Assembly: GCA_026914245.1 (NCBI GenBank)
Contig: CP110440.1
Location: 1,240,001 to 1,304,000 of the forward strand
From: Puccinia triticina
Taxonomy: Eukaryota
Length of the DNA: 64,000 bases
Direction of reading: 5' to 3'
How positions within the stretch are numbered: position 1 is the first letter of the stretch; each line of letters opens with the position of its first letter. The position numbers were made by a program, and so were the translations under genes. Positions 10,495 to 23,860 of the stretch are shown piece after piece. Below the pieces are notes generated by a model that saw nothing but the letters and a program-made list of their open reading frames with translations, searched no databases and was not told the DNA's origin.

Positions 10495-11675
10495 TTTGTT
10501 TTTTCTCCCATTACTATTCAAACTCCTCCTCAATATTCTTCACTGTCCCTTCAATCCTTCTTCCTTTCCACCTTTTCATACACACAATCAATTCTTTTGA
10601 AATGCCTGTTCAACATTCTCCTTGTTCTGGCAACGCTGAACACACAGCTGGATCCATTGGTGACAACGACAATCAATCATTTTGTGATGAACCCATTCTG
10701 GATGACCAGCAGGTTGATCACCGCCGCTGCCATCCAGAAATTCCTTTGCGCAATGGTCATCTTCCTCACCGGGAACAACTTCACCACATTCCTGGACCAG
10801 GCCCAAGGCATTGAAGAGAGGAGGACAACCGGTCTTTGTTGGCCAAACAGAAGTCTATCAATAGATTGGTCCAGAACGCCATAGCAGAGTTTGGTTCCAC
10901 TAATAATCTCCACACAGATGGCTCTAACTATGTGCTTTGGTTAAAAGGATTGAGCGCCGTTGGCCAGAACTTCCTTGATGATTGGGATTTCTTTTGATGA
11001 CCGTGCGTCAGGACAAGGATGGTGGGAGTTGTGCACAGGATTGTATTGGGAATCATCAACCCTTTGATGAAGAGTGAGCCGCAGGAGCTCAAGACGGCCT
11101 GGGATATCTTGGAGGCCATCAAAGCACGTTTCAGTAGGGACAGCCCTCTAATTCAAATTTGATTGCCAAATCAACACTGAAATCTCTTTCAACAACCATC
11201 AGCCAATCTCTTTCAAAAAAAAACATGGAAAACCCTGTCATCAGCAATCCACCAAGTCAACTGAACGGAATCTCTGGAAGCCAGGATGTAGAGAGTGCGC
11301 TTTGATGCTGCGTCTTTCTCTCAGGATCAAGGGGTGCAGACTGCCTGTCCTGAAAGTAGCGTTTATGCAATGGCCGCCAGAGTTGGCACCGGCAAGCAAC
11401 AATGTTTCCGCTGCAAATCATCAAGTCATCTCCTCAATGACTTTCCCCTTGTTGACCTTGCCCCGGCCTGCCAAAAAACCCCTAATCCTTACCCCACTCA
11501 CCCTTCCAACCCGCCCCCCCCCCCGTTCAAGTGTTTTACCCTATTCTGGCTCCATCCAGATCCCAACCTGTCTACTACCCTCCCCAAAATCAGATTCAGA
11601 ACCCAAACTTACCCGTTAATCCGTCATCTCCCGTGACATTTTGCATATCCCCTCCAAGCTCTGCTTATGCTTGCG

Positions 11676-11969
11676 TGAGAGTTCCACAGCGGGTACCTGC
11701 CCAAATTTTCACAAAATTGAGACGCCCATACCCGCAACTGGCACCCGCTGGCGGGTACCTGCCACACCAGACAGGTACCCGCCTACAGGCAACAGGTGCC
11801 TGCCACCTGGTACCCTGTAGGGAAGGCACTTTGCAGGCAGGTACCTGTGGCGGGTGCAGGTACCTGCCTGAAATTTTACTGATATTGGACACCCGCACCC
11901 GGTGCCTGTTTCCGGGTACCTGCTCCTGAAAGCAGGTACCCGCAAACGGGTACCTGGTGCCATCCCTAA
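11676..11969. mobile_element. Degenerate hAT-like MITE rich in GGTACC(T/C)GC motifs
   Basis: About 10 copies of a GGTACC-centred motif. The right end GGTGCCATCCCTA (TAGGGATGGCACC on the - strand) resembles hAT termini. The left end is poorly matched. Confidence 0.5.
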
Positions 11970-11974
11970 CTCCT

Positions 11975-12065
11975 TTGCAGGCCTCACCCACCCAATTTTG
12001 CAATGATCTGACTCTGAGGATGTTAATCAACTGGACCTCTTTCAGCATCTCTCAGGCAATTTGAG
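11975..12065 (-). pseudogene. Short decayed fragment of the last gatB exon
   Basis: TTAATCAACTGGACCTCTTTCAGCATCTC is identical to about 16014-16042 (EMLKEVQLI). Confidence 0.65.
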
Positions 12066-12438
12066 GTCTAACTAATCCTGCATTTTTATGCACCCATTAA
12101 AAGCTTTGTTGCAGACTACACAATGAATTTACTTTGACAAGAGCATGCAAAGTTCTTTGAATGGTTGTGTGATAAGACTGCTATGATTGACTGGTCTTGT
12201 CAAGGAAAACATGTAGGAGAAATCACCAGGCAGAAAGGTAAATTGAATAAAGAGATTACCTATTCAAGTGAGTCTAGATATACAATTAGTCTGGGATCTC
12301 TACTGATCAGCAGGGAAATGAGAGAACACAGTAGATACTAATTTAGCCAGTCAAACTTTTGATTATGTAATCAACAATGTATGTTGTGAAACACACAAGC
12401 ATGGGTGCTTTCACAGCACGCATAAAAACTACGCCATC

Positions 12439-14644
12439 TCAACATTGTTGATTAGCTGCTTTGTCTTTTAATTCATCTATCCTATCTCGAAGAAAATCAA
12501 GCCTGTCTTCTATTGTTATGTGATCATGAAATCTGTTCTCTTGATCACCATCAAGGATATTTTGAATGGCTGATTTATGTTCCAAGATAATTTTATCAAT
12601 ATGTTTTGATATTTGTTCCAATTTTTCCAGCTTTTTCATTGATGATCCTTTGTTGCATGGTGGAATGAATTGAATAGCCAACGGAAATTGGTTGCTTTGA
12701 CCAAATTTGACCTCTATATATATTTTAATGTTATCTAGTTTTCCATGGAATTGACTGCTTTCATCCATCAGAGCATACTCCTTTTCAAATTCTTGTTCAA
12801 AGAGTAATTCAATTAACTCTGGATAGTTATCCTTGAAAAATCTGATCACTTGAAAGACAAGTGATATTTAATCATGACATTCTCTATATTGTTCATAGGT
12901 CAGGTCATCAATCTTATCAAAAAATGCATATAAAGATTTCAGCTTTGTTTTCAGCTCCTCAAATCCATGTAATTTTTCTCTTGGTGCAATTTTCATTCTT
13001 TCTAATAAATGAAAAACTTCATTATCCTCAAATATATTTTGATCAAAATGATCCATCAACATATTTTCCAAATTTACATCCATCTTGATTGAAGAGTCTT
13101 CATGGTAACTCCTGAAAATCTGATTCATTAGATGGAATGTGAACATTCTTTGTTGCCATGGCTGAAGAACTTTGAAAGATGTGTGATTGTAAACAGATCA
13201 TCAAATTTGCCAGTTTGAATTGCAACTCTCATTTGAAATTTTAAGATGAGATACCTGAAAGCATCTCTCTTTCTGGTGATGCATACCACCCATTCAAAAC
13301 ATTCTTGTAATCTTTCAAGTAAGAAAATCTGATACAGCTGCGGAACATATTTTCAACAGCTTTCTCTAAGATCTCATCTGTAAATAAAGAGATAAAATCA
13401 TCCTGAGTAATCAAATGATTCCTGTACATGAAGTGAATTGTTTGAAATCCAAGACCAGGAATTGTTAATTCTGGCCAATAATGATAGGGTGGGTAATCCT
13501 TGGTGATGCTCTGCTTTATCATATCCAGGGTCTGGTCAGCTATTTTTTTTCCAATCATTTTCATAATAGTACGTTTTTTCTCTCCATACAAGGGAACTAC
13601 TTCTTCAAAACCTCTTATTGGAGATCTGCTTTTGCTATCTGTACTCAAAATATTTTCTTCCTTGTTGGCAGTTGATTTGGAATTGCCAGAAATAACTTCA
13701 ATATCATTATTTTCCCTAGATACAAATTCACATCAAGAAATGAGTTCCTGAATTAGCATCAATCATTCTTCTCTAGCAAAAAGGGATGATTCAACACACT
13801 TTTCCATTTGACCAAAGAGCTGTTTTCCATCATTATTTTCAACACTTTTGTGCTCAGCTATGCTATCAATTACTGGGTAATATTCTGGATCAATAAACAG
13901 AGTTGAGGTTCTCCCTTTCAAATTTGCCACTTGACTATCCTTTAGGATGATCATGTTTTGAAGGATAGCTTTTAATGTAGGAATATATGGAGAAAAAAAT
14001 GACTTCTGTACTTGCAAATAATATTCTCCTGATTTATTACTTTGCCATTGGGAAACAGCAGCTTTCACACTTTTTTCAAGATATTGGAACTCCTCTTTCA
14101 TCTGTTTATCATAACTGACCAATGATAGCGGCAAGTGTTAGTTGGTTTTTGGAGGGAAGCTGTTCTATGGAAATAGTACTTACTTTCTCTTTCTTGCTGA
14201 GATTCTGGAAGCTCTGGTACTATTGTGAAGTTTTTGAAGAGAATTTCTATTCAGCTGTTTTGGTATTTCCATCAATGATAAATTTGTGGCTAGAACTCAC
14301 ATTTTCTTTTGAATCTGGTGCTCTCTATTGGGTCCAGAACTCTTTTAATGGATTCTTGGGGGCTTTCTTTATCTCCAGAGTTGGTAAGAGTCTGTGAATT
14401 TTGTTGGACATGCAACATATCACGTTGGGAATTACTGATGGTTGCTTCTATGGGGAATATGGGGAATGTGTGTTAGGTCTATTGGTTGGGGAGCCCACAA
14501 ATGACTAGAGGAAGAGAACATACTCTCATCAACCAGTTTTTGGTTTGTTACCTTCTCTGTCTCTGACATCAAGCATTCCACTGGTGTTGATGCAACACCT
14601 TGCAAGCAGCACACTGTAAGTAAGAGGATAAGTTGAGTGTACAT
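12439..14644 (-). CDS. Multi-exon predicted secreted protein (candidate effector), copy A, apparently intact
   Basis: Signal-peptide-like MYTQLILLLTVCCLQGVAS. First GT-AG intron at 14448-14523 with a CTAAC branch site. Exon ORFs are colinear with the paralogue at 19541-21778. No known domain recognised. Confidence 0.75.
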
Positions 14645-15871
14645 TGGGTGAAGAATCATTGCATATGACAATTGGATATATGTATCTAATGGGTTTTTTC
14701 AAGTGTTGGCAATTTAGGAAGATGAAAACTGGTCTTTCTTTTATATCTGAGTGACCCTGCCTATTGTAGGAATGAGACTTTCCATATAGAGTTCCTGGCA
14801 GAGGATGAAGCTCAAGGTTGCTGGCCTCAAATTGGTGGGTAAACCAGAAAAGCAGCTGTTTTATCATCTGGCGCCATTGGACACCTTGGGTACCAAGACA
14901 AAACCAGACATGAAGCACTTTGCTGAATTACGTAAATCAAGATATAGTTGGAGGCAGGCATACTGCAGATGAATCCATTATCCTGCTCCCCCGCCCTCAC
15001 CACCCTGTATCACGAGCTTAACGAAGCCACTTGTGGTGAGTGGGTCTGGGCGGCAGCCCAGTCTCACCGAGAGGCTCAAACAAAAGCACAAAGCTTGCAT
15101 GAGCCGGACGTGATGTACACACCATTACTTCTCCCCTGGTTTCTATTCCACTCAGTGGAATTTTTTCTTTTCTGGTTTTTCTGACAGATCAACATCTGCT
15201 TGATTTTTCAGTTTTTTTTTTTCATTTTTGTACTCTCCCCGCTTCATGTTTCAAACTTGACAACAAGAAGTAGTATAACTGCGCACGGTCCTTGCCCTAT
15301 GGAGCGCAAGCCAAATCAAAGTTCAAAATCTTGAACTTGGACAATTTTGTTGCACCGGATACAATCAACGTTTTGTGAGAAAAAATACAGAAAAATCAAG
15401 AACATGTTGAAGTACGATGTATCAAAACCTAGAAAGATTATGTTGAGTGTTAGAGTGGGGTGATGCAAACAAGGCTGCTCCCAGCCAAACCTTGGAATCA
15501 GCTCACACGAGAAACATGTTTTGGTGTGCAAGGCCCTCCCTCCGGTCGGGGTCGCTTCGCGACCAGCCAAATGCTGCACGCCCGCACGGAGGCTGGGTTA
15601 AGGTCGCCTGGATCATCTGTATGCACAATTACATGCTTGCCTAATCTGTAACGAGATGACGTATCAAACTGTTTGATTTCAGTTGACGGCAAAACAGCTT
15701 GCAACAAGGTGAAATAATGTCAACCCTTGACACCCGTGCGACCAAACTCAGCTGACTGCTGTACTCAAAACTTGAGAGAGAAAAAAAAAAAAAATCCATT
15801 GGAGTGCCAGAATCCCGGCTAATGAACAAACCATGACTGGGCATAGAAAGTGTTTGTTGGATTAATTATTA

Positions 15872-18369
15872 TTACTTCTTGCCAGGATTGATAGAGACAG
15901 GTCCAAGCAATAACTCTTCCAAAGCTTTTCGAAGCAGACAAGGATCGACGGTTTTCCGGCTCCTCCGCATGCCTTCTCCGACCAACTTGGCGATGATCTG
16001 CGGATGCCCATTCTTAATCAACTGGACCTCTTTCAGCATCTCCGAGGTGATTTGATGGGCTAATATCTGGGCGGTCGATTCATCATCCGGTTGGATTTTT
16101 GGGGTCGATCGTTTTTTGAGGTGGTCACCAAGTGAGACTGCCGGAGTTTTGACCGCTTCACATAAGATCTCACGTGCCATCGGTCCTGAACAAATACGAG
16201 CAAAGCATCAGACTCCATTGATCCTTGTATCCTGATCAAATTAAGCTGGACTTACTGAGTAGTGTGCCCTTTGATACGCTTCCGACGAGCTTGCCGAACT
16301 CTGCTGGGCATATTGGACAGTCGACAAACCTTAATCCAGCTTGAGCCAGCAGTCCCAACAACTCGTGGACGATCCTGAAGTACGGGTGGAGGGGAAGGGA
16401 TGGCAAAAAGGGGGGCAGTCAGTTGGTGAGAGACAGGTCGGCGGCCCTGTAGATGAAACCAGTCTTTGCAGAAACTACAAACCAGTTGGCCATGGTTTTC
16501 CCCTCAACTTTTGAGGCGCTCGCGTCTATTGCAGCTTCAAAGTATCGCACGCCACAGCCTACGTCGGCCAGATGGTCAATCCTTTCGGAACCTATCGCCA
16601 TCAAAATGTCGGCTGTGATTTTACTGAGCCCATAAGATTCTTGAAGCCGATGTATCATGGCATGGGGAAGCTCGGGTACCAAGCGTTGCAGACGATCTAA
16701 AATTGTCTGCAAAGTTTGTTTGCAGTACATGAGTGAATGAAAGAAAAAAGAAGACTGGAAGATGTATTGGGAAAGTTACTGACCGACGGGAAAATGATCG
16801 GAGGTATATCAGGGTCCGGAAGATATCTGTAATCGGCCTGAGTCTCTTTATCTCGCAACCTGAAGGTTCGCCGTTGAGCGACATCAAACCCTCGGGTTTC
16901 CATTTCGATCCTCTCCCCTTTGGCCAACAGGCCCACCTGCCTCGAGATCTCATAATCTGCCCGCCCCGAGATTTTAAAAATTTGTTGGTATGGATGCCGG
17001 CTAGATGAAGGAGCTGTAATGCGGAGGGAACCTTCATTTACCAATTGCGTGCTCAATGTGCCCAAATCCATTCACATTTTTTACTTCACATCGAGACCCT
17101 TGGATCGAGCTCTCCGGCAAACTGACCGACACGTTCAGATCACACCGCAATGATCCCTGTAAGATTCTATGTTAATCACCCCTGGCACTTCAATGCGGAA
17201 TGGGAATACAAGGACATACTCACCTGCTCCATATTCCCTTTGGTTACTCCAGCAAATCTCAAAATTGATTGCAGTTTCCGCACGAAGATCGAAGCCTCCT
17301 TTGCTGTGCTAATGTGATCCAGTATGAATGCAACATGCGTGACTGATATTGGAGGCTGTTTACGAACCGGAGATCTGGGCCTGTAACGATTTCAATCAAG
17401 GCCGCCCCGCTTCGATTCAAATCGATCAACGTTTGGTCAGGGGATAGCGGATCGGTGGATGACTTTCCCGTGTCCTAAAACAGACGAAAGCAGTGTTCAT
17501 TGTTCATCCGATGCAGGAAGATAGACGTACTGGAACTCACCTGTTCTAATTGAAGCTGGGTGATTCCTACTTGGAAAGATCGATCAGCCCCATCATCAGG
17601 AGTAATGAGAACTTTCCCCCCTGACGCAATTGGAGCTACAAACGAGATTACAAGGTTAGCAGTTAGTAGCGAAGAAGACCAATGAAACAGTGAAACTGAC
17701 AGTAATGTTGTGTGATCTGATAGCCAGCCGGAAGGTCTGGGTAGAAATAGTGTTTTCGGTCAAAGCTGGTCTTCGGATTGATTTTGCATTCAAGTGCTAA
17801 GGAAGCAACCAAGGCCAGTCTGAGACAGTCTGAAGACAAAACCTGAATATGAATGTAGAAATTAGTAGTTGGTTCAACGAGGCGGAAAAGAAGGTAAGCA
17901 AGAAGTACTAACAGGTTGTGTGCCGGGAGTCGCCGCATCGAACAAGGCAACATTGGTATTGCTGTCCTGGTCTGGGGAAGGCGGATTGGCTGGAAGGACA
18001 ACACCAAAACAAAGAAGTCAGTCCGGAATGGAAAGCATCGCCGCGCGGGCCCGATCGACCTTCAAACACGCACCTTTTCGAGGCACACTAACCTGAAGAA
18101 AACAGCTTGGAGTCGCTCGCTAGTTGGACATGCAGTTCGAGACCGATGGCAGGTGAAGGGTTCGCGGCGGGGCGAGCCAGCTGGGCGCCCAGCCGAATCG
18201 CAGCACTGGATGTCGACGCCATCGCGCGACCGTGACTGCCGACGGGCCGGCGTTCCGAGCCCAGCGCCGCCCGTCTACACGAACCCGTCGGACTCAAGGA
18301 GAGGGGTTGGACTCGAGGACGGGCCATTCGCGGCTTGCTTCGGAAACGACCGAGCGAAGTCTTGAGCAT
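15872..18369 (-). CDS. PET112: Glutamyl-tRNA(Gln) amidotransferase subunit B, mitochondrial (multi-exon)
   Basis: [51 protein letters not shown] and ETRGFD...[19 protein letters not shown] motifs. Arg-rich N-terminal presequence. Confidence 0.92.
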
Positions 18370-18957
18370 CCTGCGGTGCCACCGGCGGCAGAATTGCGGC
18401 CGACGAGGTGGTGGAAAGTCGGAGAAGTGTGAAAGAAAGCTGGGTGTATCAGCTGTAGACTTGAATGCGCCCGTGCGGCAGGCTGGCTCCACGGTGGGCT
18501 CGTGCGGGTGCCGCCGGGCGGCCCCGGTGCTCAGGTCGGAACGGGTGCCAATCGGGAGAACTTCTCTCATCTCCGTCAAGTGCATCCGCTCAACAGCAGC
18601 ACCGCCCCCTTGTCTCTCCTGCATGCCCATGGCGTCACCCGCCGGGATGTCGTGGCCGCCTGGGTTTTTTTTTTGGGAGGCATGCCGTGTCTGTGAGCGG
18701 TCAACAGTAAAGGACCGCGGCTGGGCCCACAGCTTGCATGGACACTTCGGCAGAGAGCAGGCCCGGGCGGCGGCGGACGGTCACATGATATTCTGTCTGC
18801 AAGACGCGGACCCAGCGCATCCACAGACTGCCAGGAATAAGGCCTGGCTTGTTCGTGCGACGCTGTGGGCACCCTAATTACGCGCCCTCTTTCTCCTCAC
18901 CAACACTCTTCAGTTAGTCTACTCCGAACATCATGAACACTCCTCATTTAAACCCCT

Positions 18958-19204
18958 ATGGCGACGGCCCTGTCGGCCGGAAACGGCACGGCAATCTGAG
19001 CCTGAACTGCAGCCGGGAGGTGCGCACTCAACTCCCTACTCTACCCCACGCACATCTTTAACGTCCTCGTTCCTTGTTCCTGCCACAGGCTTGCGACCAT
19101 AAGGCTGCCAAACGCGACTGTAAGTGATCTGTGTCTTTGGTGCCGCCTGTTCATCTGTTGAGCTTTGAATTGTTTTTCACTTTATAGATATGACTTCTCA
19201 CATG
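18958..19204 (+). pseudogene. Truncated copy of the 5' part of the PacC-like gene
   Basis: Matches 24699-25089 but lacks most of exon 1 and intron 1. Breaks off at the duplication junction near 19204. Confidence 0.85.
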
Positions 19205-19540
19205 TTATGCACCCATTAAAAGCTGTGTTGCAGGCTACAAAATGGAGTTACTTCATGCACAGTTCTTGAAATGGCTGTGTGATAATACTGATGAGATTGA
19301 CTGGTCTTCTCAAGGAACAGGTGGAGGAGCAATCTCCCACCCAAAATTTAAATTGAATAAAGGTATTACCTAGTCAAGTAAGTCTAGATATACAATGATT
19401 CTGGGATCTCTACTGATCAGCTAGGAAGCGGTAGAACACAGTAGATACTAATTCAGCCAGTCAAACCTTTTATTACATAATCACTGATGGATGTTGTGAA
19501 ACATTGGGGCTTTCACAACACTCATACAAGCTACACCACC

Positions 19541-21778
19541 TCAACATTTTTGGTTGGCTACTTTTTCTTTTAATCCATCTATCCTATCTTGAAGAAACTC
19601 AATCCTGTATTCTATTCTTCTGTGATCGTAAAATCTGTTCTCTTTCTCACTATCAAGGATATTTTGAATGGCTTGTTTATGTTCCAAGAAAATTTGGTCA
19701 ACATGTTTTGATATGAGGTCCAATTCTTCCAGCTGTTTCATTGGTGATCCTTTGTTGCATGATGGAAACAATTCAACAACCAACGGAAATTGATTGCTTT
19801 GACCAAACTTGACCTCTGTTTAGATTTGAATGTTATCTAATTGTCCATGAACTTTACTGCTTTCAGCCATCAGAGCATACTCCTTTTCATAATCTTGTGC
19901 AAAGAGTAATTCAATTAACTCTGGATAGTTTTCCTTGAAAAATCTGATCACTTGAAAGACAAGTGATATTTCATCATGACATTCTCTATATTTTTCATAG
20001 GTCAGGTCATCAATCTTATCAAAAAATGCATATAACAATTTCAGCTTTGTTTTCAGCTCCTCAAATCCATGTAATTTTTCCCTTGGTGCAATTTTCATTC
20101 TTTCTAATAAACTAAACACTTCACTATCCTCAAAAATGTTTTGATCAAAGTGATCCATCAACATATCTTCCAAACTTACATCCATCTTGACTGCAGAGTC
20201 TTCATGGTACCTCCTGAAAATCTGATTCATTAGATGGAATGTGAACATTCTTTGTTGCCATGGTTGAAGAACTTTGAAAGATGTGTGATTGTAAAAAGAT
20301 AATCAAATTTGTCAGTATGAAGTGCAACTCTTATATTTGATATTTAAAGATGAGCTACCTGAAAGCATCTCTCTTTCTGGTGATGCATACCACCCATTCA
20401 AAAAATTCTTGTAATCTTTCAAGTAAGAACATATGATACAGCTGCGGAGCATATTTTCAACAGCTTTCTCTAAGATCTCATTTGTAAATAAAGAGACAAA
20501 ATCATCCTGAGTAATCAAATGATTCCTGTACATGAAGTGAATTGTTCGAAATCCAAGCCCAGGAATTGTTAATTCTGGCCAATAATAATAGGGTGGGTAA
20601 TCCTTGGTGATGCTCTGCTTTATCATATCCAGGGTCTGGTCAGCTATTTTTTTTCCAATCATTTTCATAATTGTACGTTTGTTCTCCCCATACAATGGCA
20701 CTACTTCTTCAAAACTTCTTGTTGGAGATCTGCTTTTGCTATCTGTACTCAAAGTATTTTCTGCCTTGTTGTCAGTTGACTTTGAATTGCTAGCAATGAA
20801 TTCTATATCATTATTCTCCCTAGATATAAATTTACATCAAGAAAGGGATTTTATAAATGAATTCCTGAATTAGCATCAGTCATTCTTTTCTAGCAAAAAG
20901 GAATGCTTCAACACACTTTTCCATTTGACCAAAGATCTGTTTTCCATCATTATTTTCAACACTTTTGTGCTCAGCTATGCTATCAATTACTGGGTAATAT
21001 TCTGGATCAATAAACAGAGTTGGGGTTCTTCCTTTCAAATTTGCCACTCGACTATCTTTTAGAATGATCATGTTTTTGATGGATAGCTTTTAATGTGGGA
21101 ATATATGGGGAAAAAAATGACTTCTGGACTTGCAAATAATACTCCCCTGAATCTGATGTGTTCCTTTGCCATTGGGAAACAGCGGCTTTCACATTTTTTT
21201 CAAGATATTGGAACTCCTCTTTCATCTGATTTATCATAACTGACCAATGATAGAAGCTGGTGTCAATTGCTGCTGGAGGGAAGCTGTTGTATGGAAACAG
21301 GGAGTCTTAGTACTTACTTTCTCTTTCTTGCTGAGACTCTGGAAGCTCTGGCACTATTGTGAAGTTTTTGAGGAGGGTTTCTATTCATTTTTTTGGCTAC
21401 TTTCATGGATGATAAATTTGTGGCTAGAACTCACATTTTCTTTTAAATGGAGTGCTCTTTATTGGGTCCAGAACTCTTTTGATGTATTCTTGTGGGCTTT
21501 CTTTATCTCCAGAGTTGGTAAGAGCCTCTGAATTTTTCTCAACATGCAACATATCATGTTGGGAATTACTGATGGTTGCTTCTATGGGGAATATGGGGAA
21601 TGTGTGTTAGGTCTATTGGTTGGGGAGCACACAAATGACAAGAAGAAGAGAACATACTCTCATCAACCAGTTTTTGGTTTGTTACCTTCTCTGTCTCTGA
21701 CATCAAGCATTCCACTGGTGTTGATGCAACACCTTGCAAGCAGCACACTGTAAGTAAGAGGATAAGTTGAGTGTACAT
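19541..21778 (-). pseudogene. Secreted-protein paralogue copy B, disrupted
   Basis: Colinear with 12439-14644. Extra base in a T-run near 21075 causes a frameshift. In-frame TAA at 19820-19822 where copy A has TAT. Confidence 0.75.
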
Positions 21779-22411
21779 TGGGTGAAGAATCATTGCATAT
21801 GTCAATTGGATATATGTATCTAATGGGTTTTTTCAAGTGATGTTAATTTAGGAAGATGAAAACTGGTCTTTCTTTCATATCCAAGCTGCCATGCCTACTG
21901 TAGGAATGAGACTTTCCCTGTAAGGGCCGCGCTGGCAACAGACAGGTGTACCAGTACTGCAGATGATTGTATTATCCTGTTTCCTTGCCCTCCCCACCCT
22001 GGATCACAATGTAACGGTACATGCCTGCCTAAGCTGTAACGAGATGATGTATCAAGCTGGTTGGTTTGAGTCAATGGCAAAACAGGTTGCAACGAGGTGA
22101 AATAATGTCAACCCTTGAGACCCGTGTGACCACAGCCAGTTGACTGCTGTACTCAAAACTTGAGAGAGAAAAAAAAATCCATTGGAGTCCCAGAATCTGA
22201 GCTTATGAACAAGCCATGACTGGGCATAGAAATTGTTTGCTGTGTGGATTATTGTTACTTCTTGTGAGGATTGGCAGAGACAGGACCAAGCAACAAACCC
22301 CCCAAAGCTTGTTGAAGCAGACAAGGATCGACAGATTTCCGACTCCTTTGCATGCCTTTGCAACCAACTTGGAGCTGGGCACCCAACCAAGTCGCAGCAC
22401 TGGATGTCTAC

Positions 22412-23860
22412 CTAGCCTAACTAAGGCCCCAATTATAAACAAGTTTTGGGATAATATTGGGATTATTTTCAAATAAGTTTGAAAGATCTTTTTGCTAACT
22501 TTTTCGGAATTGAAAATCTCAAAACAACCCAAACCACCTCGGGGAGGTGGTTTGGGGAAAACTGGATTGCCAATACTGTTTTGAATGTGATTACAGCTCA
22601 GCATGAAGATGCCCGCCATACACCTGACCAGTACTTCCCCCCGCCAAAGGCCACGCAATATGTACTCGCGCAAGATACAGCCATCAAGGCTGATTTGCAA
22701 GTAATTGCAAAACGGACACCATGGATGGATAGCCAGGATGCAAGCACATCTATTGATGCCCGGGACCTCATATGTAGCTTGCAGAATGAGCGAGCTACAG
22801 GCTCTCGCAGTTGAACCAGTATGTTGCGTGCAAGAATCAGCCTTCAAGGCTGATTCAGGGGTATCTATTGACTAAGGAGAGTTGGCAGACATTGGTGGCC
22901 AGTTGTCCCCCCAAGGTCTTGTGAAGGCTTCTGCCATCGCTGCCATTGTCTTGGCGCATGCAAGACGGACAACTGTCCAACGGAGCAACCTTTGGTATTG
23001 GAGGCTTACGTTCAGTTGCGCCAGAAACTCATCCAGCATGGTGGTGGGTTTATAATTTACAGTTGGTTTGAAACAGGTTGGAAACAGTTTTGGCCCCTGT
23101 ATCTGCACCATTAAGATAATTTTTTTTGATTTCAAACTTATTTGGAAACAATCCCAATATTATCCCAAAACTTGTTTATAATTGGGCCCTAAGCCTCTCA
23201 AACGGAGGGGGGGGGACCCCCACGTCCTGAAGGGACTCTCTGTAGGAGAGGCTTATGACTTATGTCATACTTTTGGCCTGAGATTTTGGGGCTTTTGTGG
23301 CTTTTTATGCCCTTTTTTCCTTTCATCCTCCACACAGCAAAAACTGACAAGCCTCTGCTGAAGCCCTGAAGGGTCAATATAGCTGACCATCTTGGCTTCA
23401 TATCCATGTCCTCATAATGAGGATTGGATGCATGAGCTGGATTGGCCAAGGCATATTGACCAGAGCTTGGAGAGCTAGGATCCTGTGGAATTGAATTGAA
23501 TGAACATACTGTTTTCCAAGGTCAGTTCAATCCACACATGTCATACAGCCCAGAATACCCTAAAAACCATAAGTGTGGAGGGTCATGGGAGGAGAACGCT
23601 TGGCCTTCCAGACACGTGTGTAGTGGCAAAAGATAAGGAAGAGTGAGACGAGTTTCATGATCTAAAGGGCATGCCTGGGGCCCTTTGGGAACAGGGTTGA
23701 AATTTGAATGGCACAAAACACCCACCAGAAGGCCTCAAACCCTCAGGCCAAAAAGTGGACATTAGTCCCAAGTCCCTCCTTCGGAGGTCGCGCTTCGCGC
23801 GAGGGCGCCAGCCCAGGCTGTACCAGGGCCCTCCGAAGTGGGGGACTTGTGTTAAGTTAG
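22412..23860. mobile_element. Non-autonomous Mutator-like element
   Basis: 9-bp TSD GATGTCTAC at 22403-22411 and 23861-23869. Imperfect long TIRs CTAGCCTAAC... / ...GTTAAGTTAG. Confidence 0.75.
22425..23189. mobile_element. PIF/Harbinger (Tourist-like) element nested in the MULE left TIR
   Basis: TIR GGCCCCAATTATAAACAAGTTTTGGGATAATATTGGGA with one mismatch. TAA TSD. Same terminal 16 bp as the element at 949-1754. Confidence 0.9.

Larger units (their letters stand above)
7780..11640 (+). mobile_element. Old truncated Copia-like element (LTR, PBS, decayed gag) interrupted by the 8488-10494 insertion
   Basis: AT-rich TG-starting LTR-like block followed by GGTTATGAGCC at 8056 (Copia-type half-tRNAiMet PBS). 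Degenerate zinc knuckle CFRCKSSSHLLND near 11400. Confidence 0.55.

Noticed and set aside
15872..18369. Bacterial gatB / horizontal transfer
   Set aside because: Multiple spliceosomal introns and a presequence indicate the ordinary nuclear-encoded mitochondrial subunit.
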